Below are positions 21,621 through 30,863 of a stretch of DNA of 64,000 nucleotides, one piece after another. Position 1 is the first letter of the stretch. Every line of letters begins with the position of its first letter. Under the pieces are notes generated by a model. That model was not told where the DNA came from. It was given only the letters and a program-made list of their open reading frames with translations, and searched no databases. The stretch covers positions 99 through 64,098 of the forward strand of contig JANNRQ010000021.1 of assembly GCA_031401495.1 (NCBI GenBank). Direction: 5' to 3'. This DNA is from Gemmatimonadota bacterium (GTDB taxonomy: Bacteria; Gemmatimonadota; Gemmatimonadetes; Gemmatimonadales; Gemmatimonadaceae). Made by a program: the position numbers and the translations under genes.

Positions 21621-22243
21621 TAAGGTTTTACCCCCTCCGCAACACGCCAAGGTGCGCGCAGGTCGACAGCTCCCCACTTGATGCGCAGAACGCCGCTCAG
21701 AGTGGACTCGGCGCCGCTGGCTCGAGCGTCCGGAATCAGAAATATGCTGAGCGACTCCTCGGGTTCGGCGAGAGTGCGGGCCGAGAGTGGGATGCGACCG
21801 AGATCGTTGGCGGGTGAGTAGTCATAGGCACCCACCTGGCCGGCCGCACGATTCACGATCAGATGCCAGGCTTGCTTGGTGTATAGCGCGTAGAGAGTGT
21901 ACCGGCCGCGAGGGATTCTCAGGCCGCCCAGCTCGATTTCGAGATCGTTCTCGAGAGTCGTGGCGAGATTCGCACCCAGCCGCCAGACCGTGTCCTGCGG
22001 AATGAGTCGTCCCACCACAGTCCGTCCGCGCGCGTGCGGCTGACCATAAGTGATGGCGATGCGCGCCGGTCCCATATAGACATCCGAATCCCAGGCGTCG
22101 CCGAGCCGCCACGCCGATACGTGCACGGCTACGGTCGCAAATGAACTGGCCGCGATATTCGGGACGTGGGGAGTGGCTCCTTGGCCGTCGGCCGTACGAG
22201 CAGCGAGCGACAACACCCCGACAAGAATCGTCAGCGATCTCAT
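21620..22243 (-). CDS. DUF2911 domain-containing secreted protein (second paralog)
   Basis: The ATG at 22243 gives the signal peptide MRSLTILVGVLSLAARTADG. ITYGQPHARGRTVVGRLIPQDTVWRLGANLATTL..GGLRIPRGRYTLYALY parallels the gene at 4316..4852. Confidence 0.75.
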   Translation of the reverse strand: MRSLTILVGVLSLAARTADGQGATPHVPNIAASSFATVAVHVSAWRLGDAWDSDVYMGPARIAITYGQPHARGRTVVGRLIPQDTVWRLGANLATTLENDLEIELGGLRIPRGRYTLYALYTKQAWHLIVNRAAGQVGAYDYSPANDLGRIPLSARTLAEPEESLSIFLIPDARASGAESTLSGVLRIKWGAVDLRAPWRVAEGVKP

Positions 22244-22278
22244 GTGACTCCTCCGGTTTTCTTTGGTGGAAGCCGGAT

Positions 22279-22782
22279 TCATCGGCCGGCGGGGAGGTTG
22301 CTGTTCCACGAGGCTACGGCGAGCAACCAGCGCCCGTCGACTTTTCGCAGTTGCCAGTGAACCTTGCCGGTGTCGGCGACGGTCTTGGCTCCTTTCGGGG
22401 CGCCAGGTCCAGGAGTAATGGTGGCAACATATCGTCCGCGCATGACCGCGATCGGACCGCTCGCGACGACGGCGTCGACAGTTACGTCACCTGAAAATTT
22501 TGCGGTGGCGAGCATTGCAGTATGTATGCGCACCCAATTTGCGCGTCCGGAGTCTGCCGGCGCGTTGGGTGCGAGCCAGACATAGTCCTCGGTGACCGCT
22601 GTTGCCGCGGAATCAATGGCTCCAGCGTTTATCCAACGGTAAAATGTGGCGGTGAACGCTTCGATTTCCGGCCGCGCGACGCTGGATTCTGCTTGGCTCC
22701 GCGCCCCTTCGTCGGCTTGAGATCCAGCACCTCCACAAGCTCCGCACAGCAGCGCTGCTGGGACAATCCATGATGCACGCAT
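22279..22782 (-). CDS. NTF2-like (DUF4440-like) lipoprotein
   Basis: Lipobox in MRASWIVPAALLCGAC. The C-terminus GKVHWQLRKVDGRWLLAVASWN is typical of the NTF2 fold. Confidence 0.65.
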   Translation of the reverse strand: MRASWIVPAALLCGACGGAGSQADEGARSQAESSVARPEIEAFTATFYRWINAGAIDSAATAVTEDYVWLAPNAPADSGRANWVRIHTAMLATAKFSGDVTVDAVVASGPIAVMRGRYVATITPGPGAPKGAKTVADTGKVHWQLRKVDGRWLLAVASWNSNLPAGR

Positions 22783-22890
22783 TGCCAGTCCTCTGAAATG
22801 GTGGTGCGCAAATAGACTGCAGCGCTTCGCTATTCGATAGTCGAACGGTCACGCCGCCGAAGCCCGTCACGTTGTGATAGGTTCGTCAAC

Positions 22891-24564
22891 ATGACTCTCC
22901 GAACCGTTAGGGCCGTCGTGACCGTGCTGGCCGTTGCGTCTGCTGAGTCGCAGTCGCCAGACCGCATCTACGTGAATGCCAGAGTGTGGACTGCGGATAG
23001 CGCCCGTCCGTCCGCGCAGGCATTCGCAGTTCTCGGCGACCGATTGGTCGCAATCGGCAGCGATGCCGAAGTGCGCGCAATCGCCGGGCCCAACACCGCC
23101 GTAGTAGACCTCGGCGGCCGGCGCGTCGTGCCCGGATTCAACGATGCGCACTGGCATTTTCGTTCGTCGCGCGGCGCCGACCTCGACGGCGCCGTCAGCA
23201 TCAAGGAAATCCAGAAGCGGCTCCAGGCGTTTTCGCGCGACCTGCCCGCAGGCGCGTGGCTCATTGGACGCGGTTGGGTGCCCACGGACTTTCCGTCCAA
23301 CGTGGCGCATCGCACGTACCTCGACGGACTTTTTCCGGATCGCCCCGTGGTGCTCACGGACCGTGACGGGCATCAGGCGCTGGCCAACGCAAAGGCGCTG
23401 GCACTGGCCAACGTTACGCGCACCACCAAGGACCCCAACAACGGCCGCATCGAGCGTGACGCCGAGGGCGAGCCCACCGGATTGTTGAAGGAGGCCGCGG
23501 CCGGGCTGGTGCGTCGCCTGGTTCCATCGCCGACGCCCGACGCCGTCTTCGCTTCGCTCAAGGAAGAAATGGCCAAGGCGGCCGCTTTCGGCATCACGTC
23601 AGTGCAGAACGCATCGTCGGGCGGGCTCGGCGCCAACGAAGTCGCGGCGCTGGATAGAGCGGCATCTGAGAACGCCATGTTGGTGCGGTGGCGTGCAGCG
23701 GTACCGTTCGTCGCCAACGCGACGCGCGATCAGTTGGCGCGGTTTGTCGCGATGCGCGACAGCGCGCACGGGCCGTTGCTGTCCTTCGGAATTGCGAAGG
23801 GCATGCTGGATGGCACGGTAGACGCCAAGACCGCCGCGATGTTCGAGCCGTACGTGGGTTCCACCGATGTCGGGATCCCGATGTGGAAGCAGCCGGACCT
23901 CAATCGCGCCGTGGCGCAGTACGACAGCGCCGGCATCCAGGTGGAGCTGCATGCGATTGGCGACCGCGCGATTCGCATGGCGCTGGATGCATTCGAGCAT
24001 GCGGCGAAGCAGAACCGCACCACGGATCGCCGCCACCGCGTGGAGCACATCGAAGTGCCGTCGCTCAGGGACCTGCCGCGCTTCAGGCAACTTGGCGTGA
24101 TCGCCAGCACGCAAGCCATGTTCGCGTCGCCGGACCCAGCGACACTCGAGAACTACGCGCCGCTGCTTGGGCCAGCGCGCGCCAGCCGGTCCAACTCATT
24201 CAAACTGTTCGATGACGCCGGGGCAGTGCAGGCATTCGGCAGCGACTATCCCGTGTTCACGATGAACGTGATGTTGGGCCTGTGGTCTGCCGTTGCACGG
24301 CAGCTGCCGGATGGCACGCCGAAGGGTGGCTGGTACCCGGCCGGACGCATCAGCATCGAGGCCGCGCTGCGGCACTACACGCGCGACGCGGCGTTCGCTG
24401 AGTTTGCTGAGTCGCGCAAAGGCACGCTCACGGTTGGGAAGTACGCGGACTTCGTGGTGCTTTCGGAGGACATCGTCACCGGCCCGCCGGAAACGCTGCT
24501 GTCAGCAAGAGTGTTGCTGACCGTGATGGGCGGGCGCGAAACGTGGCGGGCGCCGGGCTTCTAG
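22891..24564 (+). CDS. Amidohydrolase family 3 (YtcJ-like metal-dependent hydrolase)
   Basis: Signal peptide present. It has the HxH metal motif (GFNDAHWHF), VELHAIGDRA, HRVEHIE and FGSDYPV, which are characteristic of Amidohydro_3. Confidence 0.85.
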   Translation: MTLRTVRAVVTVLAVASAESQSPDRIYVNARVWTADSARPSAQAFAVLGDRLVAIGSDAEVRAIAGPNTAVVDLGGRRVVPGFNDAHWHFRSSRGADLDGAVSIKEIQKRLQAFSRDLPAGAWLIGRGWVPTDFPSNVAHRTYLDGLFPDRPVVLTDRDGHQALANAKALALANVTRTTKDPNNGRIERDAEGEPTGLLKEAAAGLVRRLVPSPTPDAVFASLKEEMAKAAAFGITSVQNASSGGLGANEVAALDRAASENAMLVRWRAAVPFVANATRDQLARFVAMRDSAHGPLLSFGIAKGMLDGTVDAKTAAMFEPYVGSTDVGIPMWKQPDLNRAVAQYDSAGIQVELHAIGDRAIRMALDAFEHAAKQNRTTDRRHRVEHIEVPSLRDLPRFRQLGVIASTQAMFASPDPATLENYAPLLGPARASRSNSFKLFDDAGAVQAFGSDYPVFTMNVMLGLWSAVARQLPDGTPKGGWYPAGRISIEAALRHYTRDAAFAEFAESRKGTLTVGKYADFVVLSEDIVTGPPETLLSARVLLTVMGGRETWRAPGF

Positions 24565-24601
24565 GGTTTCGCCGGACTCGGCGGGCCGAGTGCTACCGGT
24601 C

Positions 24602-26509
24602 TTACGGTAGCGCGAATGTCATGAGTTGCGCCGGCATCGTTGGCTGACGCCCAACCCAAAACGCGACGTACTGCTTGCCGTTGATCATGTACGTCATCGG
24701 CTGACTCCCGACGGAGCCGGGCAGCGGGATGTCCGCAATGCGCTCGCCGGTCTTCTTGTCGAACACGTGCAGCGGCCCGATGCTGCCGTAGCCCTCGGCC
24801 GCGAACAGCAACGTCTTGGTGGCCATCACCATGGGGCGCGTGCGCGCGCCGGTGTTGGGGATGTTCAGCCCCGCGAGCGCCGGATGATTCTTGATGCTGG
24901 CCGGCGTGTCGCCGCCGGGCACCTGCCACACGAGGTCGCCCTGGTTCATGTCCAGCGCGGTGATGCGGTTGTACGGCGGCTTGAGGAACGGAAGACCATC
25001 AAGGTTTGGCAGGCCACCGCCACCCATGACGTAGCGCATGTCTGACCGCGCGGAATCGTTCGCGAGCCCAAAGTTGCTTGGGTTGGTGAACGAGCCGACG
25101 TACAGCATTCCGGTCTCTGGATCAAACGCACCGTGCTCCCAATTGGCGCCGCCGACTGAGCCGGGCACGCTGATCGTGCCGCGAGTGCTGTCAGGTGCGC
25201 CGATGACCGATGGGGGCGTCCACAGCTGGCCCAAGCGATATGGTTTGATCGCCTCGAGCGCCTGCGCGCGAAGCGCCGGCGTGAAGTCGATGAGGTCGTT
25301 CACCGTAACGCCCTGAAGGTCGAACGCGGGCGGCTTCGTCGGATGGGGCTGGGTCGCGGCGGTACGTTCGCCGGGCACGTCGGTCTGCGGCACCGGCTTG
25401 TCGACGATGGGCCACACGGGCTTTCCGGTGACGCGGTCGAACACGTACACCCAATTCTGTTTCGTGATCTGACCGACGGCTTCGATCCTGCGCCCGTCCA
25501 CGGTGATGTCCATTAGCACCGGCGCTGTGGGATTGTCCCGGTCCCACACGTCGTGCTTCACGATCTGGAAATGCCAGAGGCGCTTGCCGGTCTTTGCGTC
25601 GAGCGCGACGAGCGAGGACGAAAACAAGTCGTCACCCGGGCGGTGCCCGCCGTAGTAGTCGCCGGTGGCGCCCTCAACGGGGAGGTACACGATGCCGCGC
25701 CGCGCGTCCGCGCTCATCGGCGCCCACACACCCGCGTTGCCGGTGTATTCGGCCGACCCCTCGAGCCATGTGTCGTTGCCGAACTCGCCTTTCTGCGGAA
25801 TGGTGTTGAAGCGCCACTTGAGCGCGCCGGTCTTCACGTCGAACGCCATCACGCGTCCCGGCGTGTTGCGCATCGACGTCGGACGACTGCCTTCCAGCAG
25901 CGCCGGCGGAATCACGACAACGTCGCCGACGACGAGCGGCGGGGAGCTGTTGCCAATCGTGGCGCTGTCGAGGTTGATGTTGGGGACGCCGAGGTTGGCC
26001 TTGAGGTCCACGATACCGCCGGTGCCGAACGATTCGATCGGCGTGCCGGTGGCCGCGTCAAGCGCGACGAGGAAGAATCCAGGCGTGATGGTGAAGATCC
26101 GCGCTGAGCGGCTGTCGCTCCAATAGCCCACGCCGCGCCCCGCACCTTTGCGCGGCGCCATCCGGAAGCGCACGTCGGAGTCAGCGGTGTTCAAGTAGCG
26201 CCACTTCTCGGCGCCAGTCGCCGCGTCGAGCGCGATGACAGTGCGGCGCTGCCCAGTGGTGATGTACAGAACGCCGCCGATCATGAGCGGCGTGTTCTCG
26301 TTCTTGAATTCGGAGTCGCGCGTGGCGGCCGTATCCGACTTCCACGTCCACGCCATCGTTAGCGTTGCGACGTTGGCGCGACTGATCTGGTCCAGCGGCG
26401 AGTAGCGCGTCGCGGCCAGGTCACGGTGATAGTGCGGCCACTCGCCGGGCAGGTTCTGCGCGCCGACGATGACCGGTAGGGCGAAAACAAGGATGAGGCT
26501 GCGTCTCAT
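24602..26509 (-). CDS. PQQ-dependent dehydrogenase (glucose/quinate/shikimate-type propeller), secreted
   Basis: Signal peptide present. WPHYHRDLAATRYSPLDQISRANVATLTMAW is the typical N-terminus of quinoprotein dehydrogenases. Propeller W-motif repeats run throughout the protein. Confidence 0.85.
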   Translation of the reverse strand: MRRSLILVFALPVIVGAQNLPGEWPHYHRDLAATRYSPLDQISRANVATLTMAWTWKSDTAATRDSEFKNENTPLMIGGVLYITTGQRRTVIALDAATGAEKWRYLNTADSDVRFRMAPRKGAGRGVGYWSDSRSARIFTITPGFFLVALDAATGTPIESFGTGGIVDLKANLGVPNINLDSATIGNSSPPLVVGDVVVIPPALLEGSRPTSMRNTPGRVMAFDVKTGALKWRFNTIPQKGEFGNDTWLEGSAEYTGNAGVWAPMSADARRGIVYLPVEGATGDYYGGHRPGDDLFSSSLVALDAKTGKRLWHFQIVKHDVWDRDNPTAPVLMDITVDGRRIEAVGQITKQNWVYVFDRVTGKPVWPIVDKPVPQTDVPGERTAATQPHPTKPPAFDLQGVTVNDLIDFTPALRAQALEAIKPYRLGQLWTPPSVIGAPDSTRGTISVPGSVGGANWEHGAFDPETGMLYVGSFTNPSNFGLANDSARSDMRYVMGGGGLPNLDGLPFLKPPYNRITALDMNQGDLVWQVPGGDTPASIKNHPALAGLNIPNTGARTRPMVMATKTLLFAAEGYGSIGPLHVFDKKTGERIADIPLPGSVGSQPMTYMINGKQYVAFWVGRQPTMPAQLMTFALP

Positions 26510-26512
26510 AGT

Positions 26513-26582
26513 GCGGAGAGGTTACTGCGGAGAGCAGCAACACGCGAGCCGAAAGCCGGGAGCCGGGAGCCGAGAGCATATT
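26513..26582 (+). repeat. Degenerate tandem heptanucleotide array (about 10 units, core GCCGAAA GCCGGGA GCCGGGA GCCGAGA)
   Basis: Reading in 7-nt steps from 26513 gives GCGGAGA GGTTACT GCGGAGA GCAGCAA CACGCGA GCCGAAA GCCGGGA GCCGGGA GCCGAGA GCATATT. The array is intergenic and starts 4 nt from the PQQ dehydrogenase start codon. Confidence 0.8.
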
Positions 26583-26668
26583 GCAGTCATGAAAAGCAAG
26601 CAGCTAACCTGACCCGCGCATTCTCACGGTGCTTGACGAAAGGCCCATCGCACATTCTATCAAGCAGC

Positions 26669-27103
26669 ATGACACCTGCAGGCGCGCGCCGGCACCGCTC
26701 CGGCTTCACGCTAATCGAAATCCTCGTCGTCCTGATCGTCCTCGCGATCCTGGCCTCGCTCGTCGCGCCCAATATCTTCCGAAACGTCGACACTGCGCGG
26801 GACGCCACGGCGCGCACCCAGATCGAAATGCTCGGCGCTGCGCTGGATGCCTACCGGCTCGACAATGGCCGCTATCCGACCACGGACCAGGGCTTGGCAG
26901 CACTCTTTACCGCGCCGACCGCTGACCCCAAACCGGCCAACTGGCGCGGGCCGTACCTCCGCAAGCAGGTCCCGCCGGACCCTTGGGGTCGCCCCTACGT
27001 CTATCGCTTGCCGGCCACCGGCGGCAAGCCTGGCTTCGAACTGATCTCCTTCGGCGCCGACGGCCAGCCGGGCGGCACTGGCGAGAACGCGGACATTCCC
27101 TAG
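26669..27103 (+). CDS. gspG: Type II secretion system major pseudopilin GspG
   Basis: Prepilin leader and cleavage motif RRHRSG|FTLIEILVVLIVLAILASLVAPN with Glu+5. GspG-specific motifs are present: LDAYRLDNGRYPTTDQGLAAL and DPWGRPYVYR. Start taken at ATG 26669; the ORF track begins at 26633. Confidence 0.9.
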   Translation: MTPAGARRHRSGFTLIEILVVLIVLAILASLVAPNIFRNVDTARDATARTQIEMLGAALDAYRLDNGRYPTTDQGLAALFTAPTADPKPANWRGPYLRKQVPPDPWGRPYVYRLPATGGKPGFELISFGADGQPGGTGENADIP

Positions 27104-27179
27104 TCCCTGAGCGAATCGGCCCAAAAGAATGGGCCTCCTACGGGCATCGCGCCCGAGTCAGCGTCCGCGCGGTCAGTTC

Positions 27180-27614
27180 CTACTTTGCGTAGACAAGGGT
27201 CATTGTCTCCGTGCCGTCCACAAGCACAAGAGTGACCGATGCGCGCCGCCACGTGGCGGCGACCGTGGAACTATCGACCGCCGCGATGAGCCTGAGGGCG
27301 CCTCCGTCCTGCGTCCAAGTGCCGTCAACCGTATCCATATAGACGGACGCGTAACTCTGTACCGTTTCTCGGACTCCGGTCACCCAGCGGAATGTGTTGG
27401 CGGCAGATAACTCCAGCGCGCCTGAAATGATCTCGAGTTGGTAATCGACGCCGCTGGCCACTGAGAAGGGCGTCGACTTGCCGTCGACCGTCGCAAGGGT
27501 ATAGTTGCCGACGGGGGTCTTGGGCCCCGAGTCGCATGCGGCTGGCGCAATGGCCACCATGCCAACAGCTGCGAGAACGCGAAGCCGTCGCCAATGTCTC
27601 ATCGTATGCGTCAT
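27180..27614 (-). CDS. Hypothetical lipoprotein
   Basis: Lipobox in MRHWRRLRVLAAVGMVAIAPAAC. Alternative ATGs at 27614 and 27602. No family recognised. Confidence 0.55.
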   Translation of the reverse strand: MTHTMRHWRRLRVLAAVGMVAIAPAACDSGPKTPVGNYTLATVDGKSTPFSVASGVDYQLEIISGALELSAANTFRWVTGVRETVQSYASVYMDTVDGTWTQDGGALRLIAAVDSSTVAATWRRASVTLVLVDGTETMTLVYAK

Positions 27615-27932
27615 CTGATTGCTTCTCTGTTCGTACTCGCCGCGGCCGGCTGCTCGGATCCCGCAAGTCCAGTTCCGAACACCGCTGACGTCTTCACACC
27701 CGGCTTCGTGTTCAGTCCGTTCTCAACCACGATCGCCGCGGGTGGCTCGGTCAACTTCCATATCACCGGTGACGACCACAACGTCATCTTCGGCCGACTA
27801 GTCGCCGGGGCGCCGCCGGACATCATCGTCGTGAAGGACACGGTGATTGCGCGCACGTTCTCGACGCGCGGCACCTTCCCGTATGACTGCACTGTCCACC
27901 CCGGTATGACGGGAGAGATCGTCGTGAAATAG
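27594..27932 (+). CDS. Cupredoxin-fold (plastocyanin/pseudoazurin-like) copper-binding lipoprotein
   Basis: Lipobox in LFVLAAAGC. Type-1 copper ligand pattern: His in NFHITGDDHNVIF and C-x2-H-x2-M in YDCTVHPGM. Alternative ATGs at 27594 and 27606. Confidence 0.75.
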   Translation: MSHRMRHLIASLFVLAAAGCSDPASPVPNTADVFTPGFVFSPFSTTIAAGGSVNFHITGDDHNVIFGRLVAGAPPDIIVVKDTVIARTFSTRGTFPYDCTVHPGMTGEIVVK

Positions 27933-27963
27933 TGGACGCTGCGCGTGTCCATTGGGTGTGCGA

Positions 27964-29289
27964 TCAGACGGACGCGCGGGTTATCCCACGGGCGGTCGGC
28001 GTGAATCCGGGGAAGATGAAATCCAGGTTTGGATTGCCGAGGCGCCGCTGTACGATCTCGGCGAGCACGTCGCGATAGTCAATGGTGACTTTCAGGTCCT
28101 GACCGATTTCCAGCTGCTCGGGCCGCAGACCGGGCCACGTCGTGAGAACTCTCCCGCCGGTGATCTGTTTTCCCATCGCGAACATGGTCGTTGCGCGCCC
28201 GTGGTCAGTGCCGGCGCTGCCATTCTCTCGCAGGTTGCGGCCGAACTCGGAGACCACGACCAAGGTGACACCATACGGCGTTACACCCTGAATCACGTCC
28301 GCGTGGAACGCGGCCAACGCGCCCGCGAACGTCTGCATCGTCTGGAACATCGACCCAGCCAGCGGATCCTGAGCGGCGTGTGTGTCCCACCCCCCGATGT
28401 CCACCTGCGCGGCCTCGACGCCGACGTCAGCCTTGATCAGCACTGCCACCGACCGCAGGGCGCGACCAAACGACGTGTTGGGATAGACGACGCTGTTCGC
28501 CGGAACGTAGCCCACGAAGTTCACTGATCGCAGCAACCTCACGGTGTTCACGGCATCCAGCGCGGCTGCCTGCAGCTCGTCCGCTTGCGCGAGATATGCC
28601 TGCTCGATCACCGCGAGACGGGCGTCCACCGTGGAGGCCGTGCCGCCGAGGTTGAAGTTGGAGGGATCGGCGATAGGCAGGGTCTTCGGGCCACCGACCA
28701 GAGTCTTCTGAAGGCCAGCCGCAAGACCGAGGGCACGCAGCGGCGCGGTCGAACGAACCGGTGGCATACTCGCCAGATGCCGGCCGAGCCATCCTGAAAT
28801 GAGGTTGGGATCTGCGGCCTTGCCCACTTCCATGTACCGCTGCGCGTCGAAGTGAGAGCGGCTGGTGGTCGTGAGTTGCCCGGAGGCATGGACCACCAGG
28901 AGATCGCCAGCTTGATACGCGGGCATCAGCGTGCTCATCGCTTGCGGAAACGCGAAGAAGTTGTCGAGCGCGATGCCGCGGGTCGCGGCTGCTGAGTCCG
29001 GGCGCGGGATCGCAATCGTCGGCCGCGCCGTGTAGTACGCCGGATCTCCGAATGGGACGCACAACGTCATTCCGTCGGCACCGCCTCGTTGAAAGACGTA
29101 CACGATGACGTCGCGTGACGTCGCCGACTGCGCGAGCACGATCTTCGGCAGCCACGCGGGGAACGACGAGGCCACCGCGGCGCCCGAGAAGCCCGCAACC
29201 GTCCCCAGGAACTGGCGGCGCGATAGCTCCTGGAATTCGGCGCATCCACATTCGGCGCCGTGCGTGTCGTCGGATTCGTCGTTCGTCAT
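27964..29289 (-). CDS. DUF1501 domain-containing protein (sulfatase/phosphatase-like fold) with Tat signal
   Basis: The ATG at 29289 lies 1 nt after the upstream stop. Twin-arginine motif SRRQFLGTVAGFSGAAVA. GGWDTHA and EFGR..ENGS.GTDHG motifs are typical of DUF1501. Confidence 0.85.
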   Translation of the reverse strand: MTNDESDDTHGAECGCAEFQELSRRQFLGTVAGFSGAAVASSFPAWLPKIVLAQSATSRDVIVYVFQRGGADGMTLCVPFGDPAYYTARPTIAIPRPDSAAATRGIALDNFFAFPQAMSTLMPAYQAGDLLVVHASGQLTTTSRSHFDAQRYMEVGKAADPNLISGWLGRHLASMPPVRSTAPLRALGLAAGLQKTLVGGPKTLPIADPSNFNLGGTASTVDARLAVIEQAYLAQADELQAAALDAVNTVRLLRSVNFVGYVPANSVVYPNTSFGRALRSVAVLIKADVGVEAAQVDIGGWDTHAAQDPLAGSMFQTMQTFAGALAAFHADVIQGVTPYGVTLVVVSEFGRNLRENGSAGTDHGRATTMFAMGKQITGGRVLTTWPGLRPEQLEIGQDLKVTIDYRDVLAEIVQRRLGNPNLDFIFPGFTPTARGITRASV

Positions 29290-29290
29290 G

Positions 29291-30718
29291 TCAGTACCAT
29301 TGGAAGGACGAGGAACTGAAGGCGAGCGCGAGCGTTTCGCGGATCCGCGTTTCATTGAACGTCCCGCCGGCGAGATACGCCCGGAGTGCGTTCCGCGTGG
29401 GTGCGTCCAGTTCACCTCCGAACAGCCGAGCATTGATCAGATCCATGGCGGCGTCGGGCGTTCCCGCCTGCACGTATTGCGCGACACTCACCGCCATTTG
29501 GGTATCATTGGAATTCGCGACACTGCTCGCGGCGTTCCAGCGCGTCAGGATGTTTCCCGACCAGTACTCAATCAAGTCGGGGTAACCGTCCGGCGTCTCC
29601 CAGTAGAAGAGCTGCTGCCCAGCAGCCGTGACTTGCCCGTTGGCACGCCCGAGCGTAGTCACCGTGGGGGCGGTGGCGCGCAGTGTGGACGCCACAAAGT
29701 GGAAAGGCCGCTTCAGTTTCATGGACGAAGAGCCGATCCAGCCGTCGTTCAGTATCGCCCGTACCATGGCCTTGATATCGCCCTTGGTGACGCGGTACAC
29801 GGTGGCGATGGTAGCGATCTGCGCTTCCGTCGGCTCGGCGGTCAGCAACCACTTGAGCATCTTGGTCGCGATGAAACGCGCGGTATTCGGGCGCGCGAGG
29901 AGGAGGTCGATCACCATTTCGCCTTCCTTCACTCCATCAGCGCCGAGTGAGGGTGATCCCGCAGGGATCGTCATTCCCAGGACGGTCTTCTGCCCCCAGT
30001 CGTGACCCGTGGGATCAAAATTGAACTCACCACGGCCCTTGAGGGTCCATCCGGTAAGCACGCGCGCAAGCTCGGCAACATCCTGCTGCGAGTATCCACC
30101 GTCGACACCGAGCGTGTGCAGCTCCATGAGCTCGCGCGCGTAGTTCTCGTTCGGCCGCCCGACTCGGCTATTCGTCTGATCGAGGTATGCCAGCATCGCA
30201 GGACTCTTGGCGCTTGCGTTCACGAGGTCACGGAACTTTCCCAGCGCATGCTTCCGAATTACGTCGCGGTCGTCGAGCAGCTTGAGATAGCCGACTTTGG
30301 TGATCTGGATGCTGAAGTGGTCGCTCCAGAACTCGACCATGCGTTCGTAGAGCTGCCGCTTGGAAAAGGCAGCACGGTATATCGTCGCTTCCTGCAGTTG
30401 CTGAACGAGGGTACCGAACTGGACTTGGTAGATCTGAGCCCCGGTCTGCGACAGGTTGGGCCACCTGGACTCGACGAAGGCGTTCACCGCGCTGTCGTCG
30501 ATTCGCGTGTAGTTGAGCTGGCGGTTCAGATAGCCTTGGTACCCCGACCTCTGCGCCAGCGTGACCTCTTCGGCCGAGAGTCCCATGGTCGCTCGCCGTA
30601 ACAGGCGCAGCAGTGGACTTGTCCAGGTCAGTCTGGCTTTCGGTGTCTCCACCGGAACCACGACGTTGAAAGTGCGCGAGCGGCGCTGTCCGGTTACGTC
30701 GGTTCTAATCTGAGGCAT
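29291..30718 (-). CDS. DUF1800 domain-containing protein
   Basis: LLRRATMGLSAEEV, FWSDHFS, ENYARELMELHTLGVDGGY are DUF1800 hallmarks. It is paired with DUF1501 immediately downstream, the usual partner arrangement. Confidence 0.85.
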   Translation of the reverse strand: MPQIRTDVTGQRRSRTFNVVVPVETPKARLTWTSPLLRLLRRATMGLSAEEVTLAQRSGYQGYLNRQLNYTRIDDSAVNAFVESRWPNLSQTGAQIYQVQFGTLVQQLQEATIYRAAFSKRQLYERMVEFWSDHFSIQITKVGYLKLLDDRDVIRKHALGKFRDLVNASAKSPAMLAYLDQTNSRVGRPNENYARELMELHTLGVDGGYSQQDVAELARVLTGWTLKGRGEFNFDPTGHDWGQKTVLGMTIPAGSPSLGADGVKEGEMVIDLLLARPNTARFIATKMLKWLLTAEPTEAQIATIATVYRVTKGDIKAMVRAILNDGWIGSSSMKLKRPFHFVASTLRATAPTVTTLGRANGQVTAAGQQLFYWETPDGYPDLIEYWSGNILTRWNAASSVANSNDTQMAVSVAQYVQAGTPDAAMDLINARLFGGELDAPTRNALRAYLAGGTFNETRIRETLALAFSSSSFQWY

Positions 30719-30863
30719 ACCGTAATAAGGATATTGGCTCGGGGTTGGAAAGTACGCTACCGGTCAGACACGCCTTTGGGAGTGACTCAGGGCACCAACG
30801 CCTTGGTGAAGGACACGCCAAGCGGTCCTGACCCCATCGTACTGTTACAAAATCGCGACGGGT

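Noticed and set aside
26513-26582. Whether the short tandem arrays (heptamers, 9-mers) could be a CRISPR array.
   Set aside because: The units are 7-9 nt and directly abutting, with no spacers of 25-40 nt. No cas genes are present in the window.
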